A stretch of DNA of 64,000 bases from Octopus vulgaris (GCA_951406725.2 OX597837.1:39742001-39806000); one strand, 5' to 3'; shown: positions 44,011 through 58,823, counted from the first letter of the stretch. Notes: generated by a model from the sequence alone, not told the origin. Made by a program: numbers and translations.

Positions 44011-45364
44011 CATATCTAGCTATGGGCAGATAAATAAATAGACAGATGGATGGATAGAGAGAGAGAGATAGAGATAGATAGATATAGAAATAGAGAGATA
44101 GATATATATAGAGAGAGCGAGATAGACAGATAAATAGATAGATAAATAGATAGATAGATAGACAGTTAGATAGATAGATAGACAGACAGACAGATAAATA
44201 AATAGATATATAGAGAGACAGATATATTGATAGGTAGTTAGACAGATAAATAGATAAATCGATAAATAGATAGATAGATAACGTATTAGCTTTGTTGAGT
44301 ATAATTCGAAGTGGTTTGCTTTCAAATTTATTATTGAAAGTTTAATGCAAATGTGGAGTTATGCATTCATATCAAACCCATTTCTCTCTTTCTCTCTCTC
44401 ACTCTCTCCCTCTCACAACTATTCCCTCTCTCCCTGTATTTCACACACACACACAATCACACACACAATCACACACACAAACACATGCGCCCGCTCTCTC
44501 TTTCTTACTCTCTCTCTCTTCCTCCTCCCTCTCTCTCTCTCTCTCAGCTATTGTAAAGAAACCTTAATTTAAGAATTTCAGGAAAAGTGGAATATACAAT
44601 TTATAAATAGTCGAACATTATCTTCGCTAGTTGTCTTTCAAACTTATTTCCGACATCTTAAAGATATTAAAATGAGATGTACGCTGAATAAAAAGCTTTT
44701 AGTCCGCGTGAAAGTCTCCTTAATAAATATAAACAATTACCAGCATAAATACAAGGCTATGCTTAAGCAGACGACATCTAAGGTGGCGGCTTATCCAATA
44801 GCAATTTGATATCGAGTCGATCTTCCATAGTCTTCTGGTATTTATATAAAACTAATAGGATTTCTCGCATTATGCACAATCTATAATACAGCATTGAAGA
44901 CAAATAATTAATGCTATTGATATTACAGTTAGGTTTCGATGATATTCTTAACAAGAAGAAAAGATCGGCTGTGTGTCGTTCCTTCATCACAAAGGATTCC
45001 ATCAATGAAAGTAGTTAAACGAATAAAGAGTCAGGAGACTACAAACGAGCCTGTTGGTCTTCCACTGTGTCACAGCAATATTAAGAGGTAAAATTAGATT
45101 GCTGTGAACCTATAGAAATGGTGGATGTGGACATAGGTCAATTCAAACATGGAGGAAAGCGCGATAAAAAGTAGAAAAAAGAAAGAAAATGTGGCTTTTG
45201 AAGAGCAATCCAATGCGCTCGTGAAAATAATTAAAACGAAAAACACACAGATGGGAGAAGAAAAACTGCCTGTGAATTCTTCGCCATGGACAACTGAGGT
45301 GATAGATTCTACACTATAAAGTGAGAAACAAAAGGGAGTTTATATTCATAGCAGCCATGTTCGA

Positions 45365-45451
<87 letters not shown>

Positions 45452-45537
45452 TTGTTTTTTTTTCACCCCACAAAAGAAAAGCTCTACCTTGTAATTTGTC
45501 CCACCTGTGTGCAGCCCTGTGTGGCCAATAAAGAAAC

Positions 45538-45538
<1 letters not shown>
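45452..45538 (+). mobile_element. Extreme 3' end of the Tx1-like LINE inside (TATC)n
   Basis: AAAGAAAAGCTCTACCTTGTAATTTGTCCC..AATAAAGAAAC. Confidence 0.88.
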
Positions 45539-45609
<71 letters not shown>

Positions 45610-45979
45610 AAAAGAAAAAAAACGAAAGGAAAAAAGAGAACCACTTACTGTAATGTGTTTTCTGTTTGCCTGACATTATTGCCCAAGGTCCCCGTGGTCT
45701 CTTCCGTAGGCTTTTCTATCCACGGACAAACCTAATCTGTTTTCTCTTTTTACATTGACATTTCTGTGATACACGATTCCTATTGATCGACCCCACTTCT
45801 TTTTCACTATCCCTTTTGATCAGAATTCCTCCCCCTTTTTCTTCTCTTCACGATCCCTTTTGATCGGAATTCCCCGAATTCCCCACCCCCTTTTTTCCCT
45901 TCTCTTCTTCCCAAAAAGAAAAGCTCTACCTTGTATTTTGTCCCTTCTATATTGAGCCCTGCGTGGCCAATAAGGAAAT
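45610..45979 (+). mobile_element. 3' UTR of the Tx1-like LINE
   Basis: CCGTGGTCT..GTAGGCTTTTCT..CCACGG; TATC on both sides. Confidence 0.85.
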
Positions 45980-46227
45980 CTATCTATTTATTTATCAGCG
46001 GTCAATGTATCTCTTGAAAGAATGATCGATGCAGAGAGTAACAAAGAGGTATCTTAACGGGCCCTAGACGAAGAGCTAGAAATAGCTGTCAAATCTCTTG
46101 GAAAGTACAGCATACCAACTTAAATAAAGGACATTATTGTCACTCTCTGTCATATGTATATATAAATGTCTGTCTGCCTGTCTATTTGCATGTATGTATG
46201 TATGTATGTATCTATCTACACACACAC

Positions 46228-46272
<45 letters not shown>

Positions 46273-46499
46273 CTCTCTCTCTCTACAGACTGGTTGATCA
46301 GCCAGGAATATTCATTATTCAGGATACCCTGCGAGGCAAGTACAGACTAGAGGCTACGGAGTTGATAATCACGATTATTAAGACACAAATCAATTGATAG
46401 ACATGTATGTATGTATGTATGTATGTATGTATGTATGTATGTTATTAGGGACAGAAGCAGTATTAATTTAACATAACATTCTGTATATCTTAATTATTT

Positions 46500-46866
46500 T
46501 CTACTGTAGGCATAAGGCTCAAAATATTTGGAGAGGGGACAGTCGATTAGATTGACCCCAGTATGCAACCGGTACTTAATATATCGACATCGAAAGGATA
46601 TAAGGCAAAGTCGACTTCAGCGTAATTTGAACTCAGAACGTAAAGACAGACGAAATACCTATTTCTTTACTACCCACAAGGGACTACACACAGAGAGGAC
46701 AAACAAGGACAGACAAACGGATTAAGTCGATTACATCGACCCCAGTGCGTAACTGGTACTTAATTTATCGACCCCGAAAGGATGAAAGGTAAAGTCGACC
46801 TCGGCCGAATTTGAACTCAGAAAGTAGCGGCGGGCGAAATACAACGTTTCTGCCAGCTCACCGCCT
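46500..46866 (-). mobile_element. SINE A dimer (tailed copy joined to an older copy)
   Basis: Same AAAGAAATA|GGTATTTCGTCT junction as in the 2251 array. Confidence 0.88.
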
Positions 46867-47329
46867 TTTGTGGATATAATGTAGAAAGCCACAGCATAGA
46901 GGTATTCGTCTCGGGATAGCTTCTCGTACCCGATGAAAAGTAGCATTCAACGAACACATTGACATTTGCGTCACTAACAAACAACCCAACTTAAGAATAT
47001 TTCCCTTCTATAAATTTAGCGACGATGAATATATAATACGCGCATTAGGAAAGAGTCATATTTTTTAACAAAATATAAACTCCTTTTGAATGCGTCCACC
47101 ACAAATGACACTATTACAAGGGACTTAGAATAATACCCGTGCAAGTATCAAAAACAATATATTCAGAACAGTCACTACCCATGAATTTATTCTGAGCAAT
47201 TTCAATCACTACTATTACAACTACAACAGGTCACTTTTAGGTCAATTGACCATTTAAGAGGATTTCACAAATATTCTACTAGTCATACCACTCCCGCAAA
47301 TTTATTAATTTTTCTCTTCTTTTCATACT

Positions 47330-48153
47330 CTCTCTTCTTCTTCTTCTTCTTCTTCTTCTTCTTCTTCTTCTTCTTCTCCTCCTTCTTCTTCTTCTTCTTC
47401 TTCTTCTTCTTCTTCTTCTTCTTCTTCTTCTTCTTCTTCTTCTTCTTCTTCTTCGTCGTTGTCGTCGTCGTCGCCTCCTTCCTCAGCTACGACTGCTGCT
47501 AAAACAATCAAAGACAAGAACTTATATCAAATATTAGGGCAGCTACTTCCTGCTACCAGGAAATACCTATTGTATTTGCTAAAAATAGGAGCTAAATCTC
47601 ACTGAAAGACATATAGGAAAATCATGGAGAAGACGACTGAAAACAAGGGAGATTGGACGCAACAAAAAGATGGTGGAAAACAGAAGGTTAGCTGATCGTC
47701 GGAGTGAAAGGCTGGAGAACGGAAGGTTGCGTCTCTTGTAGCGCTCGCATCTCTAAGCATATAGATTTGTATTGATTGGTACAAGATGATAGAAAAATTC
47801 TCGGGTTGTTATTAAAAGGTTTGAAACACGATAAATCACGCTCGAATATTTCCATCGCAATGTTATGGATGAAAATATAAATGTTGATTTTCTGTCACTG
47901 GTGTCTGAAAGAGAACAAAAACAAAAAAAAAAGCAATACGGTACGAATGAGTTAGGACAACTCCCATCGCCTCTCAATCTCTCTTCTTACATAAATATGT
48001 TTGTATTTTCTGTTTGGAAAGAAATGAAAAGAAAGAAAGAAGAAAAAAAATGGAAGAAGCCCCAGCGAATAATACCCTGGAAACTATTGTACGATATAAA
48101 ATAGGATCCATTTTTGTAAGATCTTAGTGCTGCTGCTGTCGCTGCTGCTGCTG

Positions 48154-48187
<34 letters not shown>

Positions 48188-48210
48188 CATCACCACTCCT
48201 CCTCTTACCC

Positions 48211-48252
<42 letters not shown>

Positions 48253-48425
48253 TTATTATTACTACTACAACTACTACTACTACTACAACCACCACCATCA
48301 TCACTCCTCTTCCTCCTCCTCCTTCTACCACCACCACCACCACCATCACCACCACCACCACCACTACCACCACTACCACCACCTCCTCCTCTTCCTCCTC
48401 CTACTCGTCGTCGTCGTCCTCATCA
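47330..48425. repeat. (TTC)n and (CTA/CAC/CCT)n blocks
   Basis: Direct inspection; unique sequence lies between the blocks. Confidence 0.85.
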
Positions 48426-49110
48426 TTCAAAATCTGTCCGTTCTGGAGTGGTTTAATGCTAAAAATATATATCAGAACGGTTTTAAACAACAGAAATCCT
48501 GAACTTCATAAAGCAGCAACTTGAAAAGTGAAAGAAAAAAGTAAAAAAAAAACAAAAAAAAAAACAAATTAAATCAACGGCAACAAAGCAAAGTTATTTA
48601 TATTTTGGAATCGTTTGGGATTCAATATAAATCCATGAAAGAGGAATTTGACAATTAATTATAAGACCAAAGAAAGGCAACGACTGTTCACATTCAATAT
48701 GGAACCCCGGAATCCATGGCTATAAATAATGCTAACCTTTTGTACATACATACAGACACATACGTACGTACATACATACATACATACATACATGCAGACA
48801 GACGACAGGCATACATACACACACATACAGGCATACATACAGAGACAGATACATACATACACACATGCATACACACATACATACAAACATACACACACAT
48901 ACATACATATATATATATATATATATGTATCTATATGTATACATTCATACATACATACATTCATACATTCATACATACATACATACATACATACATACAT
49001 ACATACATACATACATACATACATACACACATACATAAAAACATGCAGACACATACATACATACATATATGAATATATATATATACATCCATACACACAT
49101 AATACAAACA

Positions 49111-49201
<91 letters not shown>

Positions 49202-49297
49202 GTATTTATATCTATATCTCCCTTTTACATATACATGCAGTCACACACAAACATATACAGATATGCATGTATGTACGTATGTATGTATGTATGTATG

Positions 49298-49328
<31 letters not shown>

Positions 49329-50307
49329 CTATCAATCTGGCTACACACACACACACACACACAGACACACATATATATAGGGCTTGTAAGATGTACCCAT
49401 GTATATGTTTTATATCCCAATTTGTAAATATTATTGGTTACAGTATTTCGACTGACAGCCAATCGCTGGTTCGCTGCATTTGTGATAGTGAAAGCCACAA
49501 GGGTCATCACCCTGTCTTTCATACCCTTTCTGCTACGATATGCACCATGTAATATACGCCAAAGTTCTGTCCGAAAATATGGGCCTAAAAATAATGAAAA
49601 TAGCTGGAGACGGTTTCATAGCATTAACCCAACGTGACCTGAGCTGACGAACAGCCCTGAACATCTAGAAGCCACCGTGGGTTTCTCTCAAAATTTCCGC
49701 TCTCCTGATAGAATATCATGAGTTGGATGTGTTCTACTACCCACGAAACTTTAAGTCATGTGGTATTGGGCGAAATTATTATGCATACATCCATCCATCC
49801 ATCCATCCATCCATACACACATACATACATACATGCATACATACATACATACATACATACAAAACATACATACATATATACATACATACATACATACATA
49901 CATACATACATACATTCATACATACCTACATACATGCATACATACATACATACAAACATACATACATACACACATACATACATACAGACATACATGCATG
50001 CATGCATACATACATACATACATACATGCATACATACATACATACATACATACATACATACAAAACATACATACATATATACATACATACATACATACTT
50101 ACATACATACATTCATACATACCTACATACAGACATACATACCCGTACAAACGTACATACGTACATACCTACATACATACACACATGCATACATACATAC
50201 ATACATACATACATACATACATACATACATACACACATGCATACATGCATACATACAAAACATACATACATACACACACACATTAATATGAAAAAAGAGG
50301 CTACGTC

Positions 50308-50450
50308 AGGCCAGCCAAGCCAGAACAGGCCAGACCAGACCGGACCAGGCCAGAAGAAGCCAGGCCAAGCCCGGCCGGAATAGACCAGGCCAGGCCATGC
50401 CAGACGAGGCCAGACGAGGCCAGATTAGACCAGACCAGACAAGGTCAGAC
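50308..50450. repeat. (CCAGA/CCAGG)n pentanucleotide repeat
   Basis: Direct inspection. Confidence 0.85.
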
Positions 50451-50559
50451 TGGTTTAGAGTAATCAGAAGTTATGTTTAAATAACACGATATATTCACCA
50501 AGTTTCTCGTTAGAAACACCATAAATATGTGATCTGTAATTAGTGTCTGACAGTCTTGC

Positions 50560-50616
<57 letters not shown>

Positions 50617-51047
50617 TACAGACATATAGGCACACACATACACATATAGACGAACACACAAGTACGCATACGGGCACATACAGTTATATACACAGACACA
50701 TTGACACACACGTGTGTGCTCGCACAAGGCCCCCCCCACACAGAAGCAGATTTCTTATTCACATAGGTACAAACGCAAACACTCTTACACTGGCATGCAC
50801 AGGCTACACACGCAAACACATGCACAGACACTCACACATACACACACACACAAGCACACTTATAAACGTATACAGGTATACACAGGAACACATAGACACA
50901 CAGAAATACACACGCAAGTCCACGCACACAGACACACTGACACACAGGAACATACGCCTTATTCACATAAGTAGAAACACAGACACTCCTACACCGGCAC
51001 ACACACACACACACAGACATGCAAATGCATGCACAGCCAGTCACACA

Positions 51048-51096
<49 letters not shown>

Positions 51097-51391
51097 ACAT
51101 CTGCACACGTACACACATACACATATACAGATAGACACGCACACAAAGATATAGGCTCCTAGTCAATTAACAAAGAACCGCTAATGTTGGTCTAGAAACC
51201 AACCAAATTAACGGGAAGATTCCGTACTTCAAAACAGACAATAATCACTTTGGCAATCAAATCACAAATCATCGATTATATATCGATATGTCAGCAGGTC
51301 AGAGAAACGTAAATAAATAAAATAATACATAAAAATAAAAAGATAAATAGAATAAGAAAATAAAAAAAAGGTAACATAGAAAAAATATTAT

Positions 51392-51537
51392 AGGTGTAGG
51401 AGTGGCTGTGTGGTAAGTAGCTTGCTTACGAATCACATGGTTCCGAGTTCAGTCCCATTGCGTGACACCTTGGACAAGTGTCATCTACTATAGCCTCGGG
51501 CCGACTAAATCCTCGTGAGTGGGTTTGGTAGCCCGTC

Positions 51538-51571
<34 letters not shown>

Positions 51572-51888
51572 TCAAAATAAACACAAGAATATCTTCGGTA
51601 ATTTGGTACGATCGTTTCACGCTACATCATTTTATTAAACATTGTAAGTATTAGAACAGCTTTAAAATGTTGAGCAATCATCAGCCATTTATAGAGGTTT
51701 TCCATCAATACATAAACTTATTTTTCGTGTTAATTGATAACATTATAAAGCGGGTAGATATATAGATAGAGATGTTGATTTGAAAGTTAAGAACATTTGA
51801 AAGTTAAGAATTTATCTTCTGACTGAAGAATATTCTGTTGCATCTAACTTAAGTACCATATTCATTTGAATCTAAATTTTCCTGAACG

Positions 51889-51929
<41 letters not shown>

Positions 51930-52136
51930 TGTGTATTTGTATGTCTGTGTTTGTCCCCCGTCCCAACCCCAACATCTCTTGACAACCGACATTGGTGTGT
52001 TTACGTCCCCGTAACATTAGCGGTTCGGCAAAAGAGACCGATAGAATAAGTCCTGGGGTCGATTTGACCGACTAAAGGCGATGCTCCAGCATGGCCACAG
52101 TCAAATGACTGAAACAAGTAAAAGAGTAAAAGAGTA
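51392..52136 (+). mobile_element. SINE B interrupted in its (TA)n by a hammerhead-bearing insert
   Basis: 5' half ends near 51540 and 3' half resumes near 51920. Confidence 0.87.
51604..51687 (-). ncRNA. Type-I hammerhead ribozyme
   Basis: TGG-CTGATGA-T-TGCT..CATTTTA..TAAAATG..AGCG-T-GAAA-CGATCG-TA-CCA. Confidence 0.8.
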
Positions 52137-52284
52137 GATATGTTTATGTGGAGGAGAAAGCTTGTTTTGCGATCAGGCGGTCTTGGATCTGATCCCAACG
52201 AATAGAAACGACCTTTGGTCAAGGATCCACGGCTGTAGCTTCGGGGCATTACGCATACATACATACATATATACATACATATAT

Positions 52285-52443
52285 ACATCACCGTGATCAC
52301 CGTAACCGACCAGGCTATCAGATGTTGCTACACATCGCTGGTCACAATGCGCTTCGCATTGTTTTAGCCTTCAAATGACGCCACCCCGCAGGCTAAGCGA
52401 GCAGGCCAACAGAAGAAAGAGTGAGAGAAAGTTGTGGCGAAAG
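52285..52443 (-). mobile_element. SINE D 3' part
   Basis: Reverse complement of about 62805-62965. Confidence 0.8.
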
Positions 52444-52854
52444 ATACCTTCTTTCCTCCACCCTGCTTCCGACCTATCACACCAACCTATCACATACGTC
52501 TATTTATAGAAATTTTGACATCCTTGTATTCTTCCCTCCACTTTAAATTTTATTACTAATACTACTACTCACTTTAGTATCACCCCACCCATACATTTCC
52601 TCTACCCATCCTTTATTGCATCCCTATCATAACACCCCTACTCACATATCTCACACTTATTCACTCTTTACCTTCTCATCTCTTCCCATCTACCCCTTCC
52701 TCCACTCCTCTTCCATCCACTTCACATTATCTTGACCACCAACGAACACTCCTTTTCTCACCTCTGTCGCCCTATTTTCCTCTAATTTCCCTATATCCTC
52801 CTTTTCCATAATAATTTCCTTATTTCGAACTCAAACATTTACCTCTCTAACATC

Positions 52855-52902
52855 GTCTCTGATGAAGGGATATCCGTAATATCCCAGAAACAGCTGTAAG
52901 AC
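52855..52902 (+). ncRNA. Type-I hammerhead ribozyme after a C/T-rich Penelope-like 3' region
   Basis: GTCT-CTGATGA-A-GGGATAT CCGTA ATATCCC-A-GAAA-CAGCTG-TA-AGAC. Confidence 0.88.
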
Positions 52903-53111
52903 TATATCTCTTCCCTTTTAAATGTCCTGAAAACTCCTCGCAGCCTTGGCTTTGCTATCGATTCTTGTCTAATATATACATATATGCATGCTAGTACATG
53001 ACCCACATTAAACCCCTCACTAGTATCAAGAGTTTAACTATGGTCTATCCTTAGCACTTACTTAGCATTACCTGCCACTCATTGGGTCTTCTAGATACCA
53101 ATACCTTTTAC

Positions 53112-53142
<31 letters not shown>

Positions 53143-54073
53143 TGTATATATATGTATGTGTGTCTTCGTGTGTATGTGTCTATGTATGTATATATATATG
53201 TGTGTGTGTGTTTGTGTGTGTGTGTCTATGTATGTATGTATGTTTGTGTGTGTGTATGTATGTATGTATGCATGTATTTATGTATGTACGTACGTATGTA
53301 TGTATGTATGTACGTACGTACGTATGTATGTATGTATGTATGTATGTATGTATGTATGTATGTATGTGTGTGTGTATGTATGTATGTATGTAAGTATGTA
53401 TGTGTATGTGTGTATGTATGTATGTATGTATGTATAGATATATGTATGTATATATATATATATGTCTCTGTGTGTGTGCGTGTGAGTGTGTATATATATA
53501 TATGCATATTTACATATTTATATATATGTATATATGCACATATATATATAAATGTATGCATATATACACACATGCATATATATATATATACATATATACA
53601 CACATATATATATATATGTACATATATATACACATACATACATACATAGATACATACACACAGACAGACAGACAGACTGACAGACATACACACACATATA
53701 TGTATGTATTCATGTATTGGCGGTATCCCGATGCTAATGTCCAAAAAGCCAGAGACGTTATGCATATTCATGAGTCGTTACACGCTTTATCTATTACAAT
53801 GACAAGAGGAAATATATGTAGAAACGATGGTTTGTTGTAGGCAATTCATGATGAAATTATCGATTCAGTTGTTGTAAATTTCATGACTAGAGTTTTTAGA
53901 TGAAACTCAATAGTCATTGTGAAGGACAAAGAAAAATTCAAAGACAAAGAAATTCGAAATTGTAGTATTGTTATGACTCTCTTAGGAAGGAACGAAAAAA
54001 AAATACTGTTTTCTAATTTTGGCACGAGGCCGGCAAGCTAGGAGGAGGCTGTGAGTCGGTTACATCCATCCCA

Positions 54074-54308
54074 ATAAGGCGGCGAGCTGGTAGAAACGTT
54101 AGCACGCCGGGCGAAATGCATAGCTGTATTTCGTCTGTCGTTACGTTGTGAGTTCAAATTCCGCCGAGGTCGACTTTACCTTTCATCCTTTCGGGGTCGA
54201 TAAATTAAGTACCAGTTACGCACTGGGGTCGATGTAATCGACTTAATATCTATGTCTGTCCTTGTTTGTCCCCTCTGTGTTTAGCCCCTTGTGGGTAATA
54301 AAGAAATA
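54074..54308 (+). mobile_element. Full-length tailed SINE A with 16-bp TSD, inside an older antisense SINE A
   Basis: TSD GGTTACATCCATCCCA at 54058-54073 and 54309-54324. Confidence 0.93.
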
Positions 54309-54741
54309 GGTTACATCCATCCCATTGATCAACTGATGTTTATTTTATCGACCCTGAAAAGGATGAAAGGGAAAGTTAAAATTGAGCTCAGAACGTTAAG
54401 ACAGACGAAATGCCGCTTGGCATTTTCACTCGACGTGTTAACGATTCTGCCAGCTCGTCGCCTTAACAATATACTAATAACCGTTTTGAAGGCGGCGAGC
54501 TGGCAGAATCGTTAACACGCCGGGCAAAATGCATAGCAGTATTTCGTCTGCCGCTACGTTCTGAGTTCAGGTAAGCTCGGCCAGGAAAGCATTTGAACTT
54601 TGAACGTAATGCCGAAAAAAATTCCGCTAAGCACTTTTACCGGCATGGCAAGAATTCTGCCAGCTCGATGCCCTATCCAACGGAAAAATATTGGTTTCAA
54701 ATTTAAGCACAAGACCAGCAATTTCGGTCGGTACATGCTCT

Positions 54742-54992
54742 CTTTTTTACTCTTTTCCTTGTTTCAGTCATTTAACTGTGGCCATGCTGGAGCACCGCCT
54801 TTAATCGAGCAAATCGATCCCAGGACTTATTCTTTGTAAGCCTAGTACTTATTTTATCGGTCTATTTTGCCGAACCGCTATGTTACAGGGACGTAAAGAC
54901 ACCAGCATCGGTTGTCAAGCGATGTTGGGGGATAAACACAGACACACAAGCATATACACACACATACATAATGCATACATATATACATACAT

Positions 54993-55046
<54 letters not shown>

Positions 55047-55210
55047 GATGGGCTTCTTTCAGTTTCCGTCTACCAAATCCACTCACAAGGCATTGGTCGG
55101 CCCAAGGCTATAGCAGAAGACACTTGCCCAAGGTGCCACGCAGTGGGACTGAACCCGGAACCATGTGGTTCGTAAGCAAGCTACTTACCACACAACCACT
55201 CCTACGCCAT
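54742..55210 (-). mobile_element. SINE family B
   Basis: Full-length match to the family. Confidence 0.9.
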
Positions 55211-55364
55211 ATATTTTCTTTGTAGTAAACTTTGACTTACAGCGGTTTCCAGTAGTCATTGTAGGTTCGTTATTGTTAGCCGGGCAAATGATCGGTTGAG
55301 TAAACCTATGAATAACGAAAATATAACGATTACTCGAAACAGCTGTAAGTCGAATTTACTACAA

Positions 55365-55556
55365 AAGATGCAGGAGGAAAGAGTGAGAGAAAGTTGTGGC
55401 GAAAGAGTCAGCAGAAGTTCGGCATTACCTTCTGCCGGAGCCGCGTGGAGCTTTGGTGTTTCGCTCATAAACGCACACATCACCCGGTCTGAGATTCGAA
55501 CCCGTGATCCATCGACCGCGAGTCCGCTGCTCTAACCACTAGGCCATGTGCTTCCA
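55365..55556 (-). mobile_element. SINE D 5' part
   Basis: Reverse complement of about 41075-41265. Confidence 0.85.
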
Positions 55557-56646
55557 CAAGAATTTATTGTTATAACACGTTTGACTATTATGTAGTACGT
55601 ATGCAATCAATTCGTGTAATACGCAGGTATACGGTGGTTGCGTATTTTTATTAGCTAGGGTAGCTGATGTTTGTATGCATGTTTGTATGCATGCATGTAT
55701 GTATGCATGTATGTATGTATGTATGTATGTATGTATGTATGCATGTTTGTATGCATGCATGTATGTATGCATGTATGTATGCATGTATGTATGCATGTAT
55801 GTATGCATGTATGTATGCATGCTTGAATGTATGTATGTATGTATGTATGTATGTATGTATGTATGTATGTATGTATGTGTGTGTGTGTATGTGTGTACTG
55901 CGCTGTGTTTTGCGGATTGCAGTGATCTACAGCCTTGTCCATTAAGTTACAAGAATCGCCGTTGTTGATTAGACTCGTTTTAATGGATAGATTTCTTTCC
56001 CCGGCGATTCGTTTGTAGCGAAGAATCTAAAGGTACATCTAAGCAGGGGACCCCTCAACGAACACTTTATATCTCCGTGTGCATTCTCCGTCTCTACGTA
56101 AGTGTAACCATTTATTTGAAAGATAAAAGGATTGATATTTTGAAGCCTTTGTTTTTCCATGATCATTTCCATAAAGTAGGATGGATCGATACTTAACTTC
56201 CAGGATCAATGAGGAGCTTTCTCTAGTTTTTCCTATGCGTTCTTATTTTTTTACGCTTAGCAACAACAGGTTTCTTTAACGTTCTGTACATACTTCCATT
56301 TAGCAGCTCCTTCCTTTGTCATGTTTTGGTCTCCTCAGTTAATGTATTTTAAAGGCCTTTACTTTATGTCTATTTAATGCCTTCACTTTCTGTATAGTTT
56401 GTCTTTTATATACATACATACATCTGTGGGCGTAGGCATTTGTGTATGGTTAAGAAGCTTGGTTTGAAACGACGTGGTTTTGAGTTCAGCCCCACTGCTC
56501 GTAACTTTAGACCTGTGTCTTCTACAACCTCCAGAATAGCCCCGGACCGACTAATGCTTTGTGAATGTATCCGGTAAACAGGAATTTTGTGGAAGCCCAG
56601 TGAGTTTATACAAGCATACACACACACACATATACATACACTCCAC

Positions 56647-57107
56647 CCTTGTTTCTCTGAAAATAAAACCCGGTCTAAAACTAATTTTGCATCCAAAAAA
56701 CGCACAGAGTTTATTTTCGGACGATGTCATATTTTAGCGGAAAAAATCCAAGAAAAACAAAAATGTCTCATGCCCTCATGTAAAAGAAAAAAAACAAACA
56801 ATTGTAAACCGGTAACCCATGTTTTTAGTTATAAAAAGTTTATTTATTTGTTTATTGTTTTTAGTCAAGTACAAACATTTAGTCCTCTTCTGGAGCACCG
56901 TCATAAATAATCAAACCCCGAACTTCAGACTGAATTTCTAGCTAATCTATTTCCTCTAGAATCATGGACCCCAATCTTTCATGTTTAGCAATATAACTTT
57001 GCATTTTTGACTGGGTCTTATTTTCGGGCTAGGACTTATATTAAAAACATCCTGAAAAATCATGGTAGGGCTTATTTTCGGAGTAGGTCTTATTTTCAGG
57101 GAAACAC

Positions 57108-57109
<2 letters not shown>
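56647..57109. mobile_element. pogo/Tc2-like MITE
   Basis: TIRs CCTTGTTTCTCTGAAAATAAAACC / GGTCTTATTTTCAGGGAAACACGG|TA; subterminal CTTATTTTCGG repeats. Confidence 0.75.
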
Positions 57110-57159
<50 letters not shown>

Positions 57160-57327
57160 AAATGAGTAAATGGAGAAATATACCTAAATCAATCATCAAC
57201 CATCAGATAATACCCAATCAATACTTTATTAAACCATTACACAACAGCAGTTATATTATACATAATATATTACAAATATAACAAGACATAGAAATAGAAA
57301 TAGAAAATTATATATATATATATATAT

Positions 57328-57438
57328 TGGCCTGCTCGCTTAGCCAGCGGGGTGGCGTCATTCGAAGGCTAAAACAATGCGAACGCATTGTGACCAGCGA
57401 TGTGTAACAATATCTGATGGTCTGGTCGGTCACGTGAT

Positions 57439-57445
<7 letters not shown>
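57328..57445 (+). mobile_element. SINE D 3' tail fragment in (TA)n
   Basis: Matches 62846-62965. Confidence 0.8.
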
Positions 57446-57470
<25 letters not shown>

Positions 57471-58134
57471 CACAGTCAAATAACTGAAACAAGTAAAAGA
57501 GTAAAAGATTATATATATATGCATTCATACATACATGAACACACAGGTATACATACCACCCACGCACATATCCTAGGGCTAGACCAGTTAGTTAAAATGT
57601 ATTTTCTTTCGTGAGGGCAGCGTGCGGTAGAAGTTCGCCTTTAGAGTGTTCCAACTCATCTTGCTATCTTTTCTGCTTTTGACATCCACAACAGATTCAA
57701 GAGATATATAGATGCATTCAAGCTGTTTCTTATTGATAATATTTGCATTTCATATTGTGCTCGTGTTTTCGTTCCGTTTCTTCTTTTTTTTTCGTTTTTA
57801 CCCCAAAAGAAGTCTCTGGAAGTTTTTTTCTTTGGATGTTTTCATTTGTATCTTCAGTGCAAAATAACTCCAGATATACGCTTTCAGCCAACCGTGTCTG
57901 ATTATTTAACTGTTATTTTTCCCGTTCAGGAACGGTTAATTATCCTATGAAACAATTCGGTAACCGTCTAGCTATATGATTGATTGATTGATTGATTGAT
58001 TCTAGTTTCAGCTTATGAGCTGTGGCCATGCTGGGGCACCGCCATATATACAGATATATTTATGATACTGCTACAATAATACACCTGCCTTATATTGAAT
58101 GCATTCTACTTTCTGGCTTATTTAACTTCTCCAC

Positions 58135-58221
<87 letters not shown>

Positions 58222-58225
58222 GTGG

Positions 58226-58291
<66 letters not shown>

Positions 58292-58591
58292 CGCCGCCAC
58301 CACCACCACTACCACCAAAAATGGTAAAATATCGGTACCCATCACTCCTGAATGGAATTGCGGGTGATTTCTCTCGCTTGTCTATGACTTTCAGGGGTTT
58401 CAACACCCAGAGCTTTGAGGGAGTCACCACACCGCTCCGCACCGCAGCGTGTTGGCGAACAAGCAAACACACACATTGAGTATGTGCGGTCGATAATGCT
58501 CACAGCTTTATATATTCATAATTGAATATGTATGAATTTAACCACACGCCATTCTTAGGATTATGGCTGTTCCGCAACTTCCTTCATATAA

Positions 58592-58823
58592 TTTATTTCT
58601 TTATTGCCCACTGGTGGCGAAACATAGAGGGAACAAACAAGGACAGACAAAGGGATTAAGTCGATTATATCGACCCCAGTGCGTAACTGGTACTTATTTA
58701 ATCGACCCCGAAAGGATGAAAAGCAAAGTCGACCTCGGCGGAATTTGAACTCAGAACGTAACGGCAGAAGAAATACCGCTAACCATTTCGCCCAGCTTGC
58801 TAACGATTCTGCCAGCTCGCCGC
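58592..58823 (-). mobile_element. SINE A, full length with LINE-like tail
   Basis: Family match. Confidence 0.9.

Noticed and set aside
44778-45005. ORF with ERHTAD, reminiscent of a hAT transposase
   Set aside because: A single short motif with no supporting residues
47623-47692. ATCATGG start with a short frame and AG|GTTAG donor-like site
   Set aside because: No homology or promoter evidence; could arise by chance
58320-58475. GC-richer island with hairpin potential (SECIS- or exon-like)
   Set aside because: The fold does not fit a SECIS core and the translation is not recognisable
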